From: a virus | Reading direction: 5' to 3' (one strand) | Virus genome (UHGV): UHGV-0073881 | Length of the DNA: 64,000 bases | In this document: positions 1 through 12,144 of the stretch, piece by piece | How positions within the stretch are numbered: position 1 is the first letter of the stretch | Layout: each line of letters begins with the position of its first letter | Program-made: the position numbers and the translations under genes | Notes under the pieces: generated by a model | What the model was told of the DNA's origin: nothing | The model's input: the letters and a program-made list of their open reading frames with translations, nothing else | Databases searched by the model: none

Positions 1-133
1 GACTTGAATACATTTTTTCACAAAATGATTACAAAGTACTTGTCAAAGGTAAAGTTTATGATATGATTGTAAATGTGGTGGATGAATCTGGTAACCATTC
101 AACAGCCCTTAAACAGAAAGTAAGGTTTAATTA

Positions 134-466
134 ATGGGAACATTAACTATTGATGGTAAGAATAAAATCCTAGCCACACTAACCCCGACGACAATTGTTT
201 TACACAATGTAGACCCAACGGCAGACCCTACAGCAAACAAGGTTACTCAGCCAGTGGCTATTCTATTTTCAGAACCTAACAACGGGCTAATTGCCTCAGA
301 AGATGCAGTTAATATTACTGTACCAGCTTCTGCTACGGTTTCTCATTATAGCCTGTGGGATGACAATAACAAGTGCATGGCAACGGGTGCTTTAAGTAGT
401 CCTCAATTCTTTGCTGAAGAAGGTATTTATGTTATCTCTTCAGTATCTGTGGATTTAAACAAATAG
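134..466 (+). CDS. hypothetical protein upstream of head protease
   Basis: 110-aa ORF, co-oriented and tightly spaced with the head module; no recognisable motif. Confidence 0.45.
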   Translation: MGTLTIDGKNKILATLTPTTIVLHNVDPTADPTANKVTQPVAILFSEPNNGLIASEDAVNITVPASATVSHYSLWDDNNKCMATGALSSPQFFAEEGIYVISSVSVDLNK

Positions 467-477
467 GGTGAAAAAGA

Positions 478-1815
478 ATGAGTTCGAATATCTTCAGACT
501 TGCTGATAGATTATTCAACCAGCCTTTACTAGCCACAGAATCACTAGCTCACTCAGCAGCGACTTATGTTAATAACCGTCTGTTAGGTGAAGTTCAAGCA
601 GCAGTAAACTTTGACAAACCTAAAGGTGAAGCAAGAAGTCTTTTAAAAGTAAAAGATGACATTGCTATTATCCCTATTATGGGTGGCCTTACACATCGTA
701 TGACCTTTATGGATGCTATGTGTACTGGTGGTCTAAGTTCTTATGAAGGTTTACGCAGAGGCTTCGACGAAGCTTTAGCAGATGAATCTATCAATACTAT
801 CTTGCTGCATATTGATTCAGGTGGTGGTGAAGCGTCAGGTTGTTTTGAGTTGGCACGTCATATCATGGCCTCAAGAGGCAAAAAGAAAATTATTGCTTAT
901 GTAGATGAGTTCGCATGTTCCGCTGCATATGCTCTTGCATCTTCTGCTGACGAAGTTATTGCTTCTCCAGATGCTGATGTTGGTTCAATTGGTGTAATTA
1001 TGGTTCACCAAGAATTAACTAAGGCATTTGAAAAGAATGGCGTAACAATTAACGTTATTAAAGCTGGAGAATTTAAAGGTATGGGTTCCCCATTCCAAAC
1101 TCTCTCAGAAGAAAGTAAAGCAAGACTTCAGAAACGTATTGACGACACCTACTCAACCTTTACAGGTTTTGTTGCAGAATCTCGTAATATCTCTGAAGAA
1201 GCTGTAAAGAATACTGAGGCGAATGTTTATTCTGCTCAGGAAGCTCTTGAACTTGGTTTAATTAATTCAATCATGTCTCAAGATGATTTCTTAAATTACT
1301 TACAAGGTTCTGAAGAAGCTCCTGTAAGTTTAAACGTTAACAATTCAGGTGAAGAAATGACTGAACAAGAAAAGCAAGAACTAGAAGCTTTGCGTCTTCA
1401 GGTTGCTCAAATGAAAGCTAAAGAACAAGAAGCTGCTCTGTCAGATTTAACTGGCAAGATTTCTGCTTCTGCCGAAGCTTTTGGGTTTGATGCAAAAGAA
1501 GCTGCAACAGCTATTTTAGGTGCTGGTCTTGATAACCCTCTGAGTGTTCTGTTTATGAATGCTATGGAAGGTGCTAACCAGAAACTTAATGAAACTATCG
1601 CGTCCCATGCTTCTGCCATGTCTGAGAAGGACACAGAAATCACTAAGCTGAAAGAAACTGCTGGTGCTGTTCTGGAACACTCAAACGCAATGGAAGAACT
1701 TGGCAATGACGGTGAAGCAGAACTTGAAGTTGAAAAACCAGCTTCCGAAGCAAATGCTGAACCTGACCAACGCAAACTGGCTCTCCAGAATGCTTTGAAA
1801 TCTCTTATCAAATAA
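478..1815 (+). CDS. prohead protease (S49/SppA-like) with scaffold-like C-terminal domain
   Basis: RBS GGTGAAAAAGA before ATG; N-terminal half has S49-like motifs (IIPIMGG, IDSGGGEASG); C-terminal third is E/A/K-rich coiled-coil-like, typical of scaffolds; sits directly upstream of decoration and capsid genes. Confidence 0.7.
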   Translation: MSSNIFRLADRLFNQPLLATESLAHSAATYVNNRLLGEVQAAVNFDKPKGEARSLLKVKDDIAIIPIMGGLTHRMTFMDAMCTGGLSSYEGLRRGFDEALADESINTILLHIDSGGGEASGCFELARHIMASRGKKKIIAYVDEFACSAAYALASSADEVIASPDADVGSIGVIMVHQELTKAFEKNGVTINVIKAGEFKGMGSPFQTLSEESKARLQKRIDDTYSTFTGFVAESRNISEEAVKNTEANVYSAQEALELGLINSIMSQDDFLNYLQGSEEAPVSLNVNNSGEEMTEQEKQELEALRLQVAQMKAKEQEAALSDLTGKISASAEAFGFDAKEAATAILGAGLDNPLSVLFMNAMEGANQKLNETIASHASAMSEKDTEITKLKETAGAVLEHSNAMEELGNDGEAELEVEKPASEANAEPDQRKLALQNALKSLIK

Positions 1816-1827
1816 GGAACACAAATA

Positions 1828-2205
1828 ATGGCATATCAAGGTTTTACACACTTGGGTAACAGAGAACCTCTGAATGATATCATCCTATGGGAACAGATTA
1901 CTCCAACTGGTCACTCTCGTAAAGAGTATGCTCCTGTAGCGAGCACAGAATACCGTGTAGGTGAAGTTCTGAAAGCTGACGGCTCTAAAGTAGCTGCTGG
2001 TCAAGAAGCTCAGGCTGATTCTATCTGTATCGTAAACTTCTACGCAGACCTACAACTGTCTTATCATGGTCAGTTGAAAGTTGTTGGTATCTACCGTGAC
2101 GCCGAACTGAAGGACATGCTGACACTTGAAGATGGTGTTGACGCTGCTGCTGTTAAAGCTGCCCTGAAAGCGAAAGGCATTGATTTTGTACCAACTGGCC
2201 TGTAA
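1828..2205 (+). CDS. putative head decoration protein (gpD-like)
   Basis: 125-aa ORF between protease/scaffold and major capsid gene, the usual position and size of a decoration protein in lambda-like head modules. Confidence 0.45.
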   Translation: MAYQGFTHLGNREPLNDIILWEQITPTGHSRKEYAPVASTEYRVGEVLKADGSKVAAGQEAQADSICIVNFYADLQLSYHGQLKVVGIYRDAELKDMLTLEDGVDAAAVKAALKAKGIDFVPTGL

Positions 2206-2236
2206 TTAATTATAAGACATTCTGGAGAATTTTATA

Positions 2237-3346
2237 ATGGCATTAACTAATTCTGAAAAAAGCAGATTTTTCCTTGCTGACCTGACTGGCGAAGTTCAGT
2301 CTATCCCAAATACTTACGGTTATATTTCCGGTTTGGGTCTTTTCCGTTCTGCTCCACAGACTCAGACAACTTTCCTGATGGACTTGACTGATTGGGACAT
2401 TAGCTTGCTTGACGCTGTAGACCGTACCAGCCGTAAGGCTGAAACAAGCTCTCCAGAGAGAGTTAAGCAGATTAGCTTCCCAATGATGTATTTCAAGGAA
2501 GTTGAAAGCATTACTCCTGATGAGATTCAGGGTGTACGTCAGCCAGGCACTGCAAACGAACTGACTACTGAAGCTATCGTTCGTGCTAAGAAGCTGATGA
2601 AGATTCGTACCAAGTTCGATATTACTCGTGAGTTCTTGTTCATGCAAGCTCTGAAGGGTAAAGTAATCGACGCTAACGGTGTTCTGTACGCTGACCTGTA
2701 CAAGCAGTTCGATGTTACTAAGAAGACTATCTACTTCGACCTTGACAACCCTAACTCTGATATCGATGCGCACATTGAAGACCTGCGTATGCACATGGAA
2801 GACGAAGCTAAGACAGGTACTGTAATCAACGGTGAAGAAATTCATATCGTTGTTGACAGAACTTTCTTCAGTAAGCTTATCAAGCATCCGAAGATTCGTG
2901 ATGCGTATCTGGCTCAACAGACTCCTCTGGCATGGCAACAGATTACTGGCTCTCTGAGAACTGGTGGTGCTGATGGTGTTCAGGCTCATATGAACACGTT
3001 CTACTATGGTGGTGTTAAGTTTGTCCAGTACAACGGTAAGTTCAAAGATAAGCGTAACAAGACCCACACTCTGGTGAGCATTGATGGTGTTGCTCAGGAT
3101 GGAACTGTAGGTGTAGGTCACGCATTCCCTAACGTAGCAATGTTGGGTGAAGCTAACAACATCTTTGAAGTGGCTTACGCTCCATGTCCTAAGATGGGTT
3201 ATGCAAATACTCTTGGTCAGGAACTGTACGTATTTGAATACGAAAAAGACCGTGACGAAGGTATTGATTTCGAAGCTCACTCTTACATGCTGCCATACTG
3301 CACACGCCCTCAGTTACTGGTAGACGTTCGTTCTGACGCTGCTTAA
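2237..3346 (+). CDS. major capsid protein (lambda gpE-like)
   Basis: 369-aa ORF after protease and decoration genes; size and position match gpE-type capsid proteins; the antisense ORF 2243..3280 is taken as spurious. Confidence 0.7.
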   Translation: MALTNSEKSRFFLADLTGEVQSIPNTYGYISGLGLFRSAPQTQTTFLMDLTDWDISLLDAVDRTSRKAETSSPERVKQISFPMMYFKEVESITPDEIQGVRQPGTANELTTEAIVRAKKLMKIRTKFDITREFLFMQALKGKVIDANGVLYADLYKQFDVTKKTIYFDLDNPNSDIDAHIEDLRMHMEDEAKTGTVINGEEIHIVVDRTFFSKLIKHPKIRDAYLAQQTPLAWQQITGSLRTGGADGVQAHMNTFYYGGVKFVQYNGKFKDKRNKTHTLVSIDGVAQDGTVGVGHAFPNVAMLGEANNIFEVAYAPCPKMGYANTLGQELYVFEYEKDRDEGIDFEAHSYMLPYCTRPQLLVDVRSDAA

Positions 3347-3366
3347 GACTTGAAAGGAGGGTTATA

Positions 3367-3816
3367 ATGTGTTATACAGGCGACCCCGCCAATAACCCTC
3401 TTGATAGAGTTAGAATTCTCTGCACCGACACTAATAATGATGAAATTCTTATTGAGCAATCGGTGCTAGAGTGGTTCTACCAAGAATCTGGAAAGGATGA
3501 AAAGAAAGCAGCCATCAAAGCTCTTAAATATTTACTCTTTCAAGTAGCCAAGATGGGAGATGAGAAAGTTGGTGGTGTTTATTTACGTAACTCTTCCAGA
3601 TTCAAATCTCTGAAAGCTGTTTATGACGACCTTATTAAAAGCTCTGTTTCAGGACTACCCTATGTAGGTGGTATTAATCAGTGTGATATTAATATGCGTA
3701 GTCAAAATCCTTGCTCTGTCAAGAAATATACTGAATATGGCGATGCTGCAAGATACGAGGGTAGAGATTACTGCAATCGTGTTAATGGCGTATTTGTAAT
3801 TGAGCGAGATGAATAA
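3367..3816 (+). CDS. hypothetical head-tail joining protein
   Basis: 149-aa ORF with RBS AAAGGAGGG; lies between capsid and tail sheath genes. Confidence 0.4.
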   Translation: MCYTGDPANNPLDRVRILCTDTNNDEILIEQSVLEWFYQESGKDEKKAAIKALKYLLFQVAKMGDEKVGGVYLRNSSRFKSLKAVYDDLIKSSVSGLPYVGGINQCDINMRSQNPCSVKKYTEYGDAARYEGRDYCNRVNGVFVIERDE

Positions 3817-4298
3817 TGGTAAAAAGGGTTATTCACCCCGCTAGAGCTAAATTAGTCGGGGCTATGAAGAACTTGCAAACGGCTAATGCTCAAGTTGGGT
3901 ATTTTCAAGAACAAGGTCAACATAGCTCTGGTTTTTCTTATCCTGCTTTAATGTACTTACACGAAGTTATAGGGGTTCCCTCAGCTTCTGGTAAGGTTTA
4001 TCGTAGGCTGTTTGAAATCACTATGATGCTACACAAACAGACCTTGTTAGAGCAGACTAAGAAGAATCTCTATAAGCAACTAAACAGTCTTACTGTAGAC
4101 CCTTCAAATACCTTGGAAGCATTCGCAAAGAGTGCTCAAGGGGCAATTAAAAGAGGTTTTGGTAATACTGCTATCCTTCCTCCTAACGCACCTTCCACAG
4201 TAGCTAAAAAAGGTTTTAACGCTCCACTTGTGGAAACAGGTGACTTAAGAGAAAACCTTGCTTATAAAATTTCTACTAAAAAGGGCATTAAGAAATGA
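3816..4298 (+). CDS. hypothetical head-tail joining protein
   Basis: 160-aa ORF, start overlaps the upstream stop (translational coupling), between capsid and sheath. Confidence 0.4.
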   Translation: MVKRVIHPARAKLVGAMKNLQTANAQVGYFQEQGQHSSGFSYPALMYLHEVIGVPSASGKVYRRLFEITMMLHKQTLLEQTKKNLYKQLNSLTVDPSNTLEAFAKSAQGAIKRGFGNTAILPPNAPSTVAKKGFNAPLVETGDLRENLAYKISTKKGIKK

Positions 4299-4696
4299 GA
4301 CTCTTAAACAGACACAGCTTTGTAGTTAAACGCAAAGTATCTGAAGACGGCTATTACAATAACGATGGTGATTGGATTGCTTCTCAAGATATTGTTGAGG
4401 TAAACTGCAAAGGTAATATTCAACCTTATATTAAGGGTTCTGTAAAGAATGGTACACAGATTGTTTTACCTGAAGGTATCAGACTGACAGATACAAGAAT
4501 CCTTTTCACTGTAGCTGAGTTAAGAACGTCAGATGACGTTGATTGGACTGAGGCTGATATTGTTATGATTAAAGGACACGAATACGAAGTCTTTATGACA
4601 ATGGATTGGTCAGAACAGTTAGCTCACACATCCCATTATGAATATATCATCATTAGAAGGGATAAGATGAATGCAGTTAGAAACAGCAGAACTTGA
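4295..4696 (+). CDS. hypothetical neck or tail completion protein
   Basis: 133-aa ORF, 4-nt overlap with upstream gene. Confidence 0.4.
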   Translation: MRLLNRHSFVVKRKVSEDGYYNNDGDWIASQDIVEVNCKGNIQPYIKGSVKNGTQIVLPEGIRLTDTRILFTVAELRTSDDVDWTEADIVMIKGHEYEVFMTMDWSEQLAHTSHYEYIIIRRDKMNAVRNSRT

Positions 4697-5270
4697 GAAA
4701 GGGATTGTCAGAACTTTGGTTGATGTTATTGGTCACCGTCTAGCACGAGATAAGAATAACAGACCAAACGTTATCAGGGCATACCCATCTGACAACTCAA
4801 ATGATAAAGGTCTAAAACCTGACCAGCCATTTATTACAGTTTACTGTCAAGATGCTACAACGCCTTATGGGTGGGTACTTGATAAATTCGTGGAAGATGA
4901 TGTAGTTTGTTATAGAATTGCTTTTCAGATTCCAGTGTTAATTACTGTGAATGGTAAAGGTGCTCATAGTATTATGCTAGAGCTAAAACAGAGATTAGAG
5001 ATGAGTTCCACAAGGGATTTATTAGCTGAGGAAACAGGAGCATCTGTTCTTGATACCGGAGCTATCCCAAATGATTACACTTATCTTAATACAGACTTTG
5101 AAAATTCTGCACCTCTTGTTGTAACACTCGTAAAAAATTCAGTATTAAAAGATGAACGTGGAAGTATTATTGAACGTGTCATTGTTGATGGTGAGTTAGT
5201 TTATGAGGAAGGACAGGAGCCACCAGAATATACTATCCATCTAGATGTAGACTCCAAAGGGGTAAAATAA
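4671..5270 (+). CDS. hypothetical tail completion protein
   Basis: 199-aa ORF immediately upstream of the sheath gene. Confidence 0.4.
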   Translation: MQLETAELEKGIVRTLVDVIGHRLARDKNNRPNVIRAYPSDNSNDKGLKPDQPFITVYCQDATTPYGWVLDKFVEDDVVCYRIAFQIPVLITVNGKGAHSIMLELKQRLEMSSTRDLLAEETGASVLDTGAIPNDYTYLNTDFENSAPLVVTLVKNSVLKDERGSIIERVIVDGELVYEEGQEPPEYTIHLDVDSKGVK

Positions 5271-6623
5271 ATGTGGAATCCAATTGTTAATGTAGATATT
5301 ACATTGAACACAGCAGGGACTACGAGAGAAGGTTTTGGACTGCCATTATTCTTAGCTTCAACAGATAACTTTGAAGAAAGAATTCGTGGTTATACTTCAC
5401 TAACTGAAGTTGCCGAAGACTTTGATGAAAGTTCTGCTGCATACAAAGCTGCAAAACAGCTATGGAGTCAGACTCCAAAAGTAACTCAACTTTATATTGG
5501 TAGACGTTCTATGCAGTATACCGTTGCTGTTCCTGATGCCGTTGCTGAGAGCACAGAATACTCTCTTACAGTTGCTGTAGGTGGTGGTGTATCTCAGCCA
5601 TTCCAGTACACAGCTAAGGCCGATGATACAGCCCTGATTGTTCTGAATGAATTTAAAACTCAGATTGAAGCAAGCCCTGCTGTTAAAGATGATGTTCAGG
5701 TTAATGTAACAGGTGCTGGTGACTCAGCTACAATGATTATCTCCAAAGCAGGTGATAATGATTTCGTAAAAGTTACCACAACTGGTAAGACTCTTTCAAT
5801 CTCTTCTACGACTGCTGACAGTGCATCAACTGCTCTCTCTGCAATTGAAACGTACTCAACAGATTGGTACTTCATTGCAACAGAAGACAGAACTTCACAG
5901 TTTGTCTTGGCAATGGCATCTGAAATTCAGGCTCGTAAGAAGATTTTCTTCACAGCTAACTCTGATGTGAAAGCTCTACAGGGAACCGACCTAGCTTCTG
6001 CTACAGACGTACCAGCACAGCTTGCTAAATCCAAGTACACTCGTACAGTTTGCTTGTGGCATCACACTGCAAGATACGACTACCCAGAAATGGCTTACAT
6101 TGCTTACGGTGCTCCATATGACGCAGGTTCCATTGCTTGGGGTAACGCTCAGTTGACGGGTGTTGAAACATCTTATCAGCCAGCTAACAAGAGACCTCTG
6201 ACAAGCATTCAGAAATCTGCACTAGATGCACGTAGCTGTAACTTCATTGACCTTGATGGTGGTGTTCCGGTTGTGCGTAGAGGTATCACTTCAGGTGGGG
6301 AATGGATTGATATCGTTCGTGGTGTCGATTGGCTGACTTCTGACTTGAAAACTTCTCTGAGAGACTTGCTAATTAATCAGAAGGGTGGTAAGATTACTTA
6401 TGATGATACTGGTATTACTCGTATTCGTCAAGTCATTGAAACATCTCTTCAGAGAGCGGTTAACAGAAACTTTTTATCATCTTACACCGTTAATGTACCT
6501 AAAGCTTCTCAGGTTTCTTTAGCAGACAAGAAAGCACGTATCCTGAAAGATATTACCTTCCACGGTATTATCGCAGGTGCTATCTTGGATGTTGACCTGA
6601 AAGGTACAGTGGCTTACGAATAA
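5271..6623 (+). CDS. tail sheath protein
   Basis: 450-aa ORF directly followed by a 148-aa tube-sized ORF, a chaperone pair and the tape measure gene, the canonical contractile-tail order. Confidence 0.6.
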   Translation: MWNPIVNVDITLNTAGTTREGFGLPLFLASTDNFEERIRGYTSLTEVAEDFDESSAAYKAAKQLWSQTPKVTQLYIGRRSMQYTVAVPDAVAESTEYSLTVAVGGGVSQPFQYTAKADDTALIVLNEFKTQIEASPAVKDDVQVNVTGAGDSATMIISKAGDNDFVKVTTTGKTLSISSTTADSASTALSAIETYSTDWYFIATEDRTSQFVLAMASEIQARKKIFFTANSDVKALQGTDLASATDVPAQLAKSKYTRTVCLWHHTARYDYPEMAYIAYGAPYDAGSIAWGNAQLTGVETSYQPANKRPLTSIQKSALDARSCNFIDLDGGVPVVRRGITSGGEWIDIVRGVDWLTSDLKTSLRDLLINQKGGKITYDDTGITRIRQVIETSLQRAVNRNFLSSYTVNVPKASQVSLADKKARILKDITFHGIIAGAILDVDLKGTVAYE

Positions 6624-6638
6624 TAGGAGTACTTTGGA

Positions 6639-7085
6639 ATGGCTATGTATCAGCAATATTCCCCTAAAGACGTAGTTTGTAGCTGGAATGGTATTGCCAT
6701 CGAAGGCTTTGCTCCAGACTCTTTCCTACGCCTACAGAGAACATCACCACTTGTTACACCAGTTGTTGGTGCAGGTGGTCAGGTAGCTCTGACAAGAAAC
6801 GCAGATAAGACAGGCACTATTGAGATTGAGCTAATGCAGACCTCTCTATCTAACCAGATTCTTTCTGCGATTCAAGCTAAACAGGACGATATGGAACTTG
6901 AAGAAGATATCTCTTCTAACTTCGTAATCTATGACCCTTCGGGGTCTGTAATGGCAACTGGTATTAATGCTTGGTTGCAAGAACTTCCACAGGTTGAGTT
7001 AGGTCGTGACCAGAACTCTAAGACGTGGATTTTCGGATGCGAACGTTTAGACTATACTTCTACAGTACCAGCGTCAAGCGTTTAA
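6639..7085 (+). CDS. tail tube protein
   Basis: 148-aa ORF between sheath and chaperone genes; followed by a stem-loop terminator. Confidence 0.55.
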   Translation: MAMYQQYSPKDVVCSWNGIAIEGFAPDSFLRLQRTSPLVTPVVGAGGQVALTRNADKTGTIEIELMQTSLSNQILSAIQAKQDDMELEEDISSNFVIYDPSGSVMATGINAWLQELPQVELGRDQNSKTWIFGCERLDYTSTVPASSV

Positions 7086-7098
7086 TAAATCCTAATAA

Positions 7099-7128
7099 GG
7101 GGGAGACTGTAAAAGGTCTTCCCCTTTT
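7099..7128 (+). terminator. rho-independent terminator after tail tube gene
   Basis: GGGGAGAC / GTCTTCCCC stem followed by a T-run. Confidence 0.55.
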
Positions 7129-7163
7129 GTGTTTTTGTACACCAATAATTTTAAGGAATCACA

Positions 7164-7571
7164 ATGAAGACTCAAACCAAACACATTAATGGAAAGAAAG
7201 TAACTATTATTCTTTTAGGTGCAAGAGAAGGTATTAAAATGTCTATGAAGCTCGGTAAAGTAGTTGTACCGACATTTGCACAGATGCTTTCTAGTTTAAC
7301 TGGAAATAAAGAAGCTGAAGAAGCTCCGAAGGTTCCATTTAAAGAACTTGTAGAAGCTTGCTTTGACAGAATTGATGAGTTGGATATTGACTCAATGGCA
7401 GAATTACTATTTCAGGGGGCAACAGTTGATGACTTCCCACTGAAAGTTGACTCTTACTTCCAAGGAAACTACGGAGAATTTATTGACTTCTTAGCATTTG
7501 CTCTGGAGGCTAATTTCGGAAGTTTTTTCGAGGCAAGCATTTTCAAAAGCCTAACTTCTCAGGAAGCTTAA
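7164..7571 (+). CDS. tail assembly chaperone
   Basis: 135-aa acidic ORF immediately upstream of the tape measure gene; slippery heptamer T_TTT_TTC lies near its 3' end. Confidence 0.55.
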   Translation: MKTQTKHINGKKVTIILLGAREGIKMSMKLGKVVVPTFAQMLSSLTGNKEAEEAPKVPFKELVEACFDRIDELDIDSMAELLFQGATVDDFPLKVDSYFQGNYGEFIDFLAFALEANFGSFFEASIFKSLTSQEA

Positions 7572-7579
7572 GATATGCT

Positions 7580-7807
7580 ATGCAGACCCCACTGACTGAT
7601 GGGGCTGTAGAAGCAACTTATGAAGAAGCAGATGAGATGAAATTTGTGCTTGCTATTTACGGTATGGAAGGGTGCAAAGAAACACTTGACCAACTTTTCT
7701 CTATGTCCTTCACTGACCTACTATCATTACGTCAGTATCTGGAAATCCAGAGGTCATACAAAGAGGAAATTGCTTACAACGAACTTAGAAAGGCAGGTAA
7801 AATTTAA
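7580..7807 (+). CDS. tail assembly chaperone, -1 frame extension (probable frameshift product)
   Basis: the -1 frame opens at 7514 just upstream of slippery site 7523-7529 and runs to the tape measure start codon; an ATG at 7580 with AGGAAG upstream could also serve as an independent start. Confidence 0.4.
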   Translation: MQTPLTDGAVEATYEEADEMKFVLAIYGMEGCKETLDQLFSMSFTDLLSLRQYLEIQRSYKEEIAYNELRKAGKI

Positions 7808-10014
7808 TGGCACAATATACAGTTGATAGTTTTATTGTTGAGTTGGGCTTTAGTGAAAAGGTTGTGAAGGGTTTACAAAGAGTTGAAAAGATGGCTATGC
7901 AATCTGCACAACGAATTGAAAGAAACCTGAATAAAGCCTTTGCTGTGAAGCCAAATAAAAACTCTCAAGAAGCTTTAAACAGACTTGTTAAAAACGCTCA
8001 GACTGCTTCGGGCAGAATCAATAAAGCCCTGAACAACTCCCTTAACTTAGACTCCCAAGGTGCAAAGTCTCTGAAGAAATTAGAGACACAAGGTAAGAAG
8101 ACTGCCAAAGAAATTAATAAGGCTCTAAGACAGGCTATGAATGTTGATGGTAAAGTCAAGATTCGTGGTGTTGGTAGAGGCCGTGGTAATTCTAATCCTC
8201 CAATTGGTGGAGGTTCACCAAGAGTTAGACCTGATATTGCTCAGAGACAAATGGAAAGAATGTTTAATAACAATTTCTACTCTGGCCTTACTCGTCGTCT
8301 TGAAACTATTGGTGGACAGGGTAACCAAATGGCTGCTTCTTTCAGAGGCAACTTGCAAGGAATCTATAACAAGTATAAAGGGAGTGGTAAGGTTGGTGAA
8401 TATGAGATGGAAGTTAAAAAACTCATTGACACAACCAAAAGATGGGTAATTGCAGAAAATGCTAGACTTAAGGCAGTCAAAGAATCAGCATGGCTACAGG
8501 ATAGAGCAAACTCTTCACTAAGACAACTAGTAGGTGGTTTTGTTTCTGCATACGCTATGTTAGAATTGGCTCAGAAGACTATTGATGCAGGTGTTAAAAG
8601 ACAATCTGCACAGTTAGCTTCTACGGCAATCTTTGGAGCAGATACACAGCAAGCTAGAATGTTCGCTGCATCGTTCGCTCACCAGATTGGACAGAACTAC
8701 ACAGACACTATGAAGCAGTATTCAAACTTTGCTGCTGGTGCTCAACCAACACTTGGTTTCCAAGGTACTCAAGAGTTCTATAAGAATGCTGCTATGTTTG
8801 CCCGTATTAGAGGGGCATCTGACGAAGACCTGAAAGGTATCATGGTTGCTTTCCAACAGATGGCTTCTAAGGGTAAGATTCAGGCTGAAGAACTTCGTGG
8901 ACAGTTAGGTGACCGTTTAGCTGGTGCTGTACAACTGTTTGCTGACGCGATTGGTAAGACCCCACAGGAACTGGATAAACTGATGAAGGATGGTAAACTT
9001 CTTGCTAAAGACGTTCTTCCTCAAGTTTCTGAGAAGATGAGAGAGTTAGTAGAAGCAGCAGGTGGTATGAATGCCGTGTCTAAGCAGACAGCTACTTCTA
9101 TGGGTCAAGCAAAAGCTATGTGGGACAATACCCTCGTAGCACTGTTTAACAACTCTAGTGAAGGTATTTCACAGTTGTCTAACTCAATTTCAATGTTCTT
9201 ACAAGGTTCCCTTGGTACTGCTGAAGCTTTAGGTACTGGTATTGGATACCTGTTAAAAGGTGCTGGAAACTTACTTGATTTCATTACAGACATTATGTAT
9301 AGAATCTCTGGGCTGTACTACCTATCTATGGGTTATTACAACGAATTAGATGCTAGTCAACAGAAACTTGTAAAAGAAGCTTCTGAGTTCCTTGCAACAG
9401 TTATTGCTATTGGTGCTGCTGTAGCAACGGTCGCTAAAGTGGCGAAGCTTATCACTGGATTCTTTGATACAGCAATTGTACGAAAGATTCTTCAGAGATT
9501 TGGCATTGAGGTGGCTGAGAAAGTTGCACCAAGAGCAGCTCCATTTTTAATGCCACCTCAAGTAAAGGTGGCCTTGGCAACAATTGCACTATCTAGGTCT
9601 TCTGACCCTAATGCTGGAAAGAGATACAATGAGGTCACTCTTCCAAAACCTTTTGAAGATGCTGTATCAAGTGTTACCAACGCTAAACGCCCAATGTTCT
9701 TTGACCAGAATGGACAGTTGCAGTTTGCACAATATACGACTGACACTGATGGTAACATCCAAAGAGTTGATAATGGTATGTCAAATTGGGATATCATTAT
9801 GAACAACTTGTCAGAGTCTTTAAACAACTTTGCAAACAAGTTCAATCAGACCCCTATGATGATGACACCTTCTGGATTACCTATGCAAACTAAGCAGACT
9901 CTTAATGTCACGTTTAACCTTGATGGTAACCAGATTGCTACTAAGATGGTCGATATTACTAACAAGAACCAAGAAGATATTTTGTTAAACTCAGCTTACC
10001 CAGAGGATAATTAA
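7807..10014 (+). CDS. tail tape measure protein
   Basis: 735-aa ORF after the chaperone pair; long helical, A/Q/K-rich sequence with a glycine-rich patch. Confidence 0.75.
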   Translation: MAQYTVDSFIVELGFSEKVVKGLQRVEKMAMQSAQRIERNLNKAFAVKPNKNSQEALNRLVKNAQTASGRINKALNNSLNLDSQGAKSLKKLETQGKKTAKEINKALRQAMNVDGKVKIRGVGRGRGNSNPPIGGGSPRVRPDIAQRQMERMFNNNFYSGLTRRLETIGGQGNQMAASFRGNLQGIYNKYKGSGKVGEYEMEVKKLIDTTKRWVIAENARLKAVKESAWLQDRANSSLRQLVGGFVSAYAMLELAQKTIDAGVKRQSAQLASTAIFGADTQQARMFAASFAHQIGQNYTDTMKQYSNFAAGAQPTLGFQGTQEFYKNAAMFARIRGASDEDLKGIMVAFQQMASKGKIQAEELRGQLGDRLAGAVQLFADAIGKTPQELDKLMKDGKLLAKDVLPQVSEKMRELVEAAGGMNAVSKQTATSMGQAKAMWDNTLVALFNNSSEGISQLSNSISMFLQGSLGTAEALGTGIGYLLKGAGNLLDFITDIMYRISGLYYLSMGYYNELDASQQKLVKEASEFLATVIAIGAAVATVAKVAKLITGFFDTAIVRKILQRFGIEVAEKVAPRAAPFLMPPQVKVALATIALSRSSDPNAGKRYNEVTLPKPFEDAVSSVTNAKRPMFFDQNGQLQFAQYTTDTDGNIQRVDNGMSNWDIIMNNLSESLNNFANKFNQTPMMMTPSGLPMQTKQTLNVTFNLDGNQIATKMVDITNKNQEDILLNSAYPEDN

Positions 10015-10825
10015 TGTTATGGGATAACAACATGCAAATCAAGTACTCTGGAAAGGATGGTATTTATTTCCATCTTAGAGATAATGTAGACGCATTCTTG
10101 ACATTATCTGCAACAGAGCAAATGGAGTATGATTCACCTATGTTGGTGACTACTCAAGCAATGCAAAGTGGTCAGACTATTACTGACAACGTGCAACGTT
10201 CCCCTAAGACAATTTCTATTTCTGGTGTTGTGGTAGTTGGCTACGAAGGTAGCCTTCTACGTACTCGTCAAGGCCAATTAGTAGAAAACTTTATTTCAAC
10301 TGTAGAGACTTGGAGAGACCAGAAGCAAATTATTTCAATCGTCTGTAAAGATGGTATTAAGATTGACGACGCTGTAATTACCCAATTTAAAGCTTCTAAA
10401 GAACACACAATTTCTAATGGTCTTCGTATTCAGATGACCTTCCAAGAAATTAACTTTAAAGCCGTTGTAGGGACTACAGATGTTAGTGCAGCAACTGGTA
10501 AAACATCCACAACTAAAGATGACGGTGTAACTTCTAAAAAGAACACTGGTAATACTACAACATCTCTTGGAAGTGGTAAATTGAATTGTCAATTGCTTTA
10601 TGATATCCAAGCAAGTGGTGTGAGGATTCTTTCTAGTGCAGAGCAAAAAGCACTAGGTAACTGTGGTTTATCTGCAAACACTAATAAAGGTGTAACCACA
10701 TTTAGTGACAAAGCTAATGCTGGAGCAGCTAATGCAATCAGACAAACCTCAGCCAACCAATCAGCAGGTAAAGGGAATGCTTTACAGACTCATTCAGTAA
10801 ATCCTAACAAGAAAGGAAATTATTA

Positions 10826-10826
<1 letters not shown>
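10014..10826 (+). CDS. tail/baseplate protein
   Basis: 270-aa ORF, start overlaps the tape measure stop; first gene of the baseplate block. Confidence 0.4.

Positions 10827-12143
<1,317 letters not shown>

Positions 12144-12144
<1 letters not shown>

Noticed and set aside
1407-1811. 134-aa antisense ORF inside the protease/scaffold gene
   Set aside because: Antisense to the repetitive A/E-rich scaffold region, which generates an open reverse frame by composition alone.
2243-3280. 345-aa antisense ORF spanning the major capsid gene
   Set aside because: Lies entirely inside a well-supported + strand gene on the opposite strand; low-complexity S/V/L-rich translation typical of antisense frames in AT-rich DNA.
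8141-8449. 102-aa alternative-frame ORF inside the tape measure gene, and similar embedded ORFs (9584..9802, 16515..16781, 18913..19110, 19135..19416)
   Set aside because: Embedded within long well-supported genes in other frames, with repetitive low-complexity translations; no independent start signals.
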